A model generated the notes under the pieces. The model saw only the letters and a program-made list of their open reading frames with translations, had not been told where the DNA came from and did not search any database. From an uncultured archaeon (GTDB taxonomy: Archaea > Iainarchaeota > Iainarchaeia > Iainarchaeales > JAAZKV01): a DNA stretch of 64,000 nucleotides. Both the position numbers and the translations under genes were made by a program. Position 1 is the first letter of the stretch. Every line of letters starts with the position of its first letter. The stretch is taken from NCBI GenBank assembly GCA_964583285.1, contig CAZOVD010000002.1, forward strand, positions 2,940-66,939. The letters are read 5' to 3'. Shown here piece by piece: positions 61,770 through 64,000 of this stretch.

Positions 61770-62412
61770 ATTACAAGTAGATAATAGAGAAGATAAGGTA
61801 TCAAAAAAAATATTTACATATCTAGACGATGCTAAAATTGAATATGAAGTAGCTCAATTAACTATAGGAGATTATAGACTGCCAAATGGAGAAATTGTAG
61901 AGAGAAAATCTTTAATGGATTTTGTTCAAAGTTATATTAATCATCATCTACAAAATCAGCTTGATTCTATGGATTTAAATTTAGAAAGATATTATGTATT
62001 TATTTCAGGAAAATATAATTATTTTGATTTTCAAAATAGAAATCTGCCATATATTACTGAAAATGTTATTTCAAAAATGTGTTTGCATCTGTTACAAAAC
62101 TATCCTAAATTAAGAATAGTTTATTTCCCTAATGATAAAGCATTAATAGAAATAGGAATAAAAGAATTATTAACATATGAAGGACAGAGATTTAAAGAAA
62201 CTTATATTAAAAAACAACAGCGCAAAGAGGATATTGTTGCAAGTATGCTTACTTGCATTCCTGGTGTAGGATTAAAAAGAGCAACAGAAATTGTTGCTGT
62301 ATGTCCAACATTAGATAATTTGCGGATTTCAATTGCAGAAAGAAACCCAGATTTATTTAATATTAAAGGAATTAGTGAAAAAAAATTATTGGAGATTTTA
62401 ACATATATTTAA
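61720..62412 (+). CDS. XPF/Mus81/Hef-family (ERCC4) structure-specific nuclease with HhH
   Basis: 'VDNRE', 'GDYRLPNGEIVERKSLMDFVQS' (GDxnERKx3D) and 'IPGVGLKRATEIV'. Start overlaps the primase by 50 nt. Confidence 0.75.
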   Translation: MFALIKKNAKRLIFINKLQVDNREDKVSKKIFTYLDDAKIEYEVAQLTIGDYRLPNGEIVERKSLMDFVQSYINHHLQNQLDSMDLNLERYYVFISGKYNYFDFQNRNLPYITENVISKMCLHLLQNYPKLRIVYFPNDKALIEIGIKELLTYEGQRFKETYIKKQQRKEDIVASMLTCIPGVGLKRATEIVAVCPTLDNLRISIAERNPDLFNIKGISEKKLLEILTYI

Positions 62413-62420
62413 AAATATTT
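62401..62420 (+). promoter_or_regulatory. early-type promoter motif
   Basis: ACATATATTTAAAAATATTT overlaps the XPF stop. The box is 36 nt upstream of TTG 62452 (SD 'ggaagtgatta'). Confidence 0.5.
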
Positions 62421-62451
62421 TTATTATAAAAATAAATATGGAAGTGATTAT

Positions 62452-63387
62452 TTGAAAATTGGTTATTTATTTGGAACACAAAATGATAAATCAGCATCTA
62501 CTAGATTTAGAATGCTCAACAATAGAGAAGAATTAAAAGATAAAAATATAGAAATAGAATTTTTTCAAAAAGGAAATGATTATGATATATTAGTTTTCAG
62601 CAAAATGTTTCGTCCAGAGCATTTTATATTAGCTAAAGAATATAAAAATAAAGGAACTAAAATTGTTTTTGATATTAATGATAATCATTATATTTCAAGT
62701 TCTTTTAATCCAGAATATATGAAACATGAATGTATAGAATTTACAAAATTGGCAGATGCAATTACAACATCAACAGAAACAATAGCTACAGAAGCAAAAA
62801 AATATAATGACAAAGTATTTGTAATTGAAGATAATGTTGATTATATACCTTATACAGCAATCTTTGTGTGGCAAGGACTTGCTAGTAACTTTAAAGAATT
62901 TTTAGAGTATATAGATGTCTTTAAAGATTTAAAAAATGAAGGAAAAGAATTTATTGTTGTATGCTTTGGCGACTGGAAAACAAATATAAATTTAACAAAT
63001 GAATATAAATTAAAATTAGATAATTTACTTGATACAGAGTTTCAATTAAAGGAATATAATATAAAAAAATTTCAGGATATTTGTACAAAATCTGAAGCTT
63101 TTTTATCACCGAGAAATAATAATGAGTGGTACAAATCAAAAAGTTTTAATAGATTAATACTGCCTTTAAGATTAAATACACCATGTATAATTAGCAATAT
63201 ACCAAGTTATTTAGAATTAAAACCTTATTTTAATGATTTATTGCATTTTGTAGAAAATAAAGAACAATTTAAAGATAAATTAAATTTTTTTCTAACAAAA
63301 CATACATTAAGATATTCATGCTTTACTCCAAAATTAATTTCAGAAAAATGGCAATATGTATTTGAAGAGGCGAAAAAAAATGTTTAA
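62452..63387 (+). CDS. glycosyltransferase-like protein (GT-B-like, weak)
   Basis: 311 aa with a TTG start. Called only from overall size and its context next to a GT2 gene; no clear motif recognised. Confidence 0.3.
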   Translation: MKIGYLFGTQNDKSASTRFRMLNNREELKDKNIEIEFFQKGNDYDILVFSKMFRPEHFILAKEYKNKGTKIVFDINDNHYISSSFNPEYMKHECIEFTKLADAITTSTETIATEAKKYNDKVFVIEDNVDYIPYTAIFVWQGLASNFKEFLEYIDVFKDLKNEGKEFIVVCFGDWKTNINLTNEYKLKLDNLLDTEFQLKEYNIKKFQDICTKSEAFLSPRNNNEWYKSKSFNRLILPLRLNTPCIISNIPSYLELKPYFNDLLHFVENKEQFKDKLNFFLTKHTLRYSCFTPKLISEKWQYVFEEAKKNV

Positions 63388-63814
63388 GATATTTAATTTT
63401 ATTAAAAGTTTCAATAAACCAACACGAAATAATATATTAAAAGATATGCATGAATTAGAAATAATTCAAGGTGATGATAAAATAGGATACAAAATAAATG
63501 ATGAAATATTAAAAAAGTCAGCAGAATTAGAAAAATTTTTTCAAGAAAATCCAAAAATAATGCAAGAATTTTTTAACGTAAAAGAAAACATACAAGTTAA
63601 TCAAAAAGAAATTAGTAAATTATTTATAAAAGTTCATACATTTATAATAAAAAGAGCTATTATGCACTATTTAAATTGCGAATCATTTGAGTTATTAGAC
63701 TTTAAGCAGAAACCAGAATTTATGACATTAGCGGAAGAAAAAAATATTATAAATTATTCAAAAATAATACTTGAAATGCTTGAGGGAATGAAACATGGAA
63801 GAGCCAAAAATTAG
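63380..63814 (+). CDS. hypothetical protein
   Basis: ATG 63380 follows 'gaagaggcga'. The track start 63356 is eight codons upstream. Confidence 0.4.
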   Translation: MFKIFNFIKSFNKPTRNNILKDMHELEIIQGDDKIGYKINDEILKKSAELEKFFQENPKIMQEFFNVKENIQVNQKEISKLFIKVHTFIIKRAIMHYLNCESFELLDFKQKPEFMTLAEEKNIINYSKIILEMLEGMKHGRAKN

Positions 63815-64000
63815 TGTGATTATTCCTGCATATAATTGTGAAAATTATATTGATGAAACTATCTCAAGTATTTTAATTCAATCTTATTCTAATTGGGAAA
63901 TTATTATCATTGATGATTGTTCTACAGATAACACAAAAAATATTATTCAGTATAGAGTAAATCAATATCCTAATAAAATTAAATTGCTAGAAAACACGGA
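63795..64000 (+). CDS. family 2 glycosyltransferase, 3'-truncated by the window edge
   Basis: 'ISVIIPAYNCENYIDETISSILIQSYSNWEIIIIDDCSTDNT' is the canonical GT2 N-terminus. Not in the track because there is no stop in the window. Confidence 0.8.
   Translation, partial: MEEPKISVIIPAYNCENYIDETISSILIQSYSNWEIIIIDDCSTDNTKNIIQYRVNQYPNKIKLLENT

Noticed and set aside
133-63139. Forty-eight track ORFs that lie antisense to, or out of frame inside, longer well-supported genes. They are 133-336, 2163-2366, 3201-3446, 3308-3499, 3313-3495, 3625-3876, 3665-3862, 4667-4945, 5329-5550, 10133-10525, 11961-12188, 12534-12716, 12840-13055, 13430-13687, 14297-14575, 15200-15475, 15922-16116, 19540-19758, 21822-22010, 22143-22352, 23369-23587, 23373-23651, 23473-23679, 25877-26092, 27308-27538, 29554-29751, 30362-30640, 30916-31131, 34967-35182, 36398-36586, 37072-37326, 37608-37871, 40232-40468, 41415-41600, 41477-41701, 42213-42434, 43426-43659, 45526-45726, 45686-45928, 46022-46540, 47753-48013, 47815-48003, 49928-50161, 51971-52339, 54116-54544, 54310-54537, 59711-60004 and 62951-63139.
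   Set aside because: Their translations are low-complexity (Ile/Leu/Phe/Ser-rich), as expected from reading AT-rich coding DNA in the wrong frame. They have no SD and overlap completely with genes that carry recognisable motifs or operon coupling. I treat them as spurious.
1-64000. Integrase, excisionase, transposase or other mobile-element hallmarks, and toxin-antitoxin or known defence and anti-defence cassettes.
   Set aside because: I recognised none among the translated ORFs. The only integration-related hint is the tRNA-like segment at 45113-45146, so a temperate lifestyle cannot be claimed from this window.

Overview
This is a gene-dense, very AT-rich (about 30% GC by eye) 64-kb stretch of a tailed dsDNA virus genome. 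I saw no rRNA, CRISPR array, transposase, integrase or large terminase. There are three transcription blocks.

(i) Bases 1-2608 on the + strand are the tail end of a rightward block and include an SNF2 helicase.

(ii) Bases 2625-43733 on the - strand are read right to left. About 45 small early or accessory genes come first: many mini zinc-ribbon proteins, a T4 endonuclease V homolog, glycosyltransferases and a methyltransferase. The late module starts at 33122 with SLKE-motif proteins, a MuF-like protein, portal, HK97-type prohead protease, scaffold and an HK97-fold major capsid protein. It continues with a repeat fibre, a beta-helix spike, connector and gp10-like proteins, major tail, a chaperone with a -1 frameshift and the tape measure. 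Distal tail proteins follow, carrying LamG, beta-propeller and tail-collar domains. A lysis cassette (transglutaminase-like peptidase plus membrane proteins) closes the block.

(iii) Bases 44287-64000 on the + strand hold a replication module of archaeal/eukaryotic type. It contains an MCM-like AAA+ protein, an SSB-like protein, a RecA-like ATPase, a PCNA-like clamp and an RFC-like loader. It also contains a family B polymerase, a Cas4-like nuclease, a fused PriS/PriL-like primase and an XPF/Hef-like nuclease. Embedded in it is a nine-gene 7-deazaguanine DNA-modification operon (QueD-QueE-PRTase-FolE-QueC-like-GATase-QueF-GNAT-DpdA). Glycosyltransferases follow.

Blocks ii and iii diverge from a 550-bp repeat-rich AT region (43734-44286), a candidate origin or control hub. 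Two almost invariant TATA-like promoter motifs, one early type and one late type, punctuate the window. Several first genes start 22-24 nt after the TATA-like box with no Shine-Dalgarno sequence, so they look leaderless. The replisome type, the promoter geometry and a lysin resembling pseudomurein endoisopeptidases together suggest an archaeal host, possibly an AT-rich methanogen. This is inference, not proof.

The most interesting system is the deazaguanine operon. Its gene content (cysteine-less QueC, stand-alone Ntn amidotransferase, QueF, GNAT, PRTase, DpdA ending in a clamp-binding-like peptide) matches no described pathway product.
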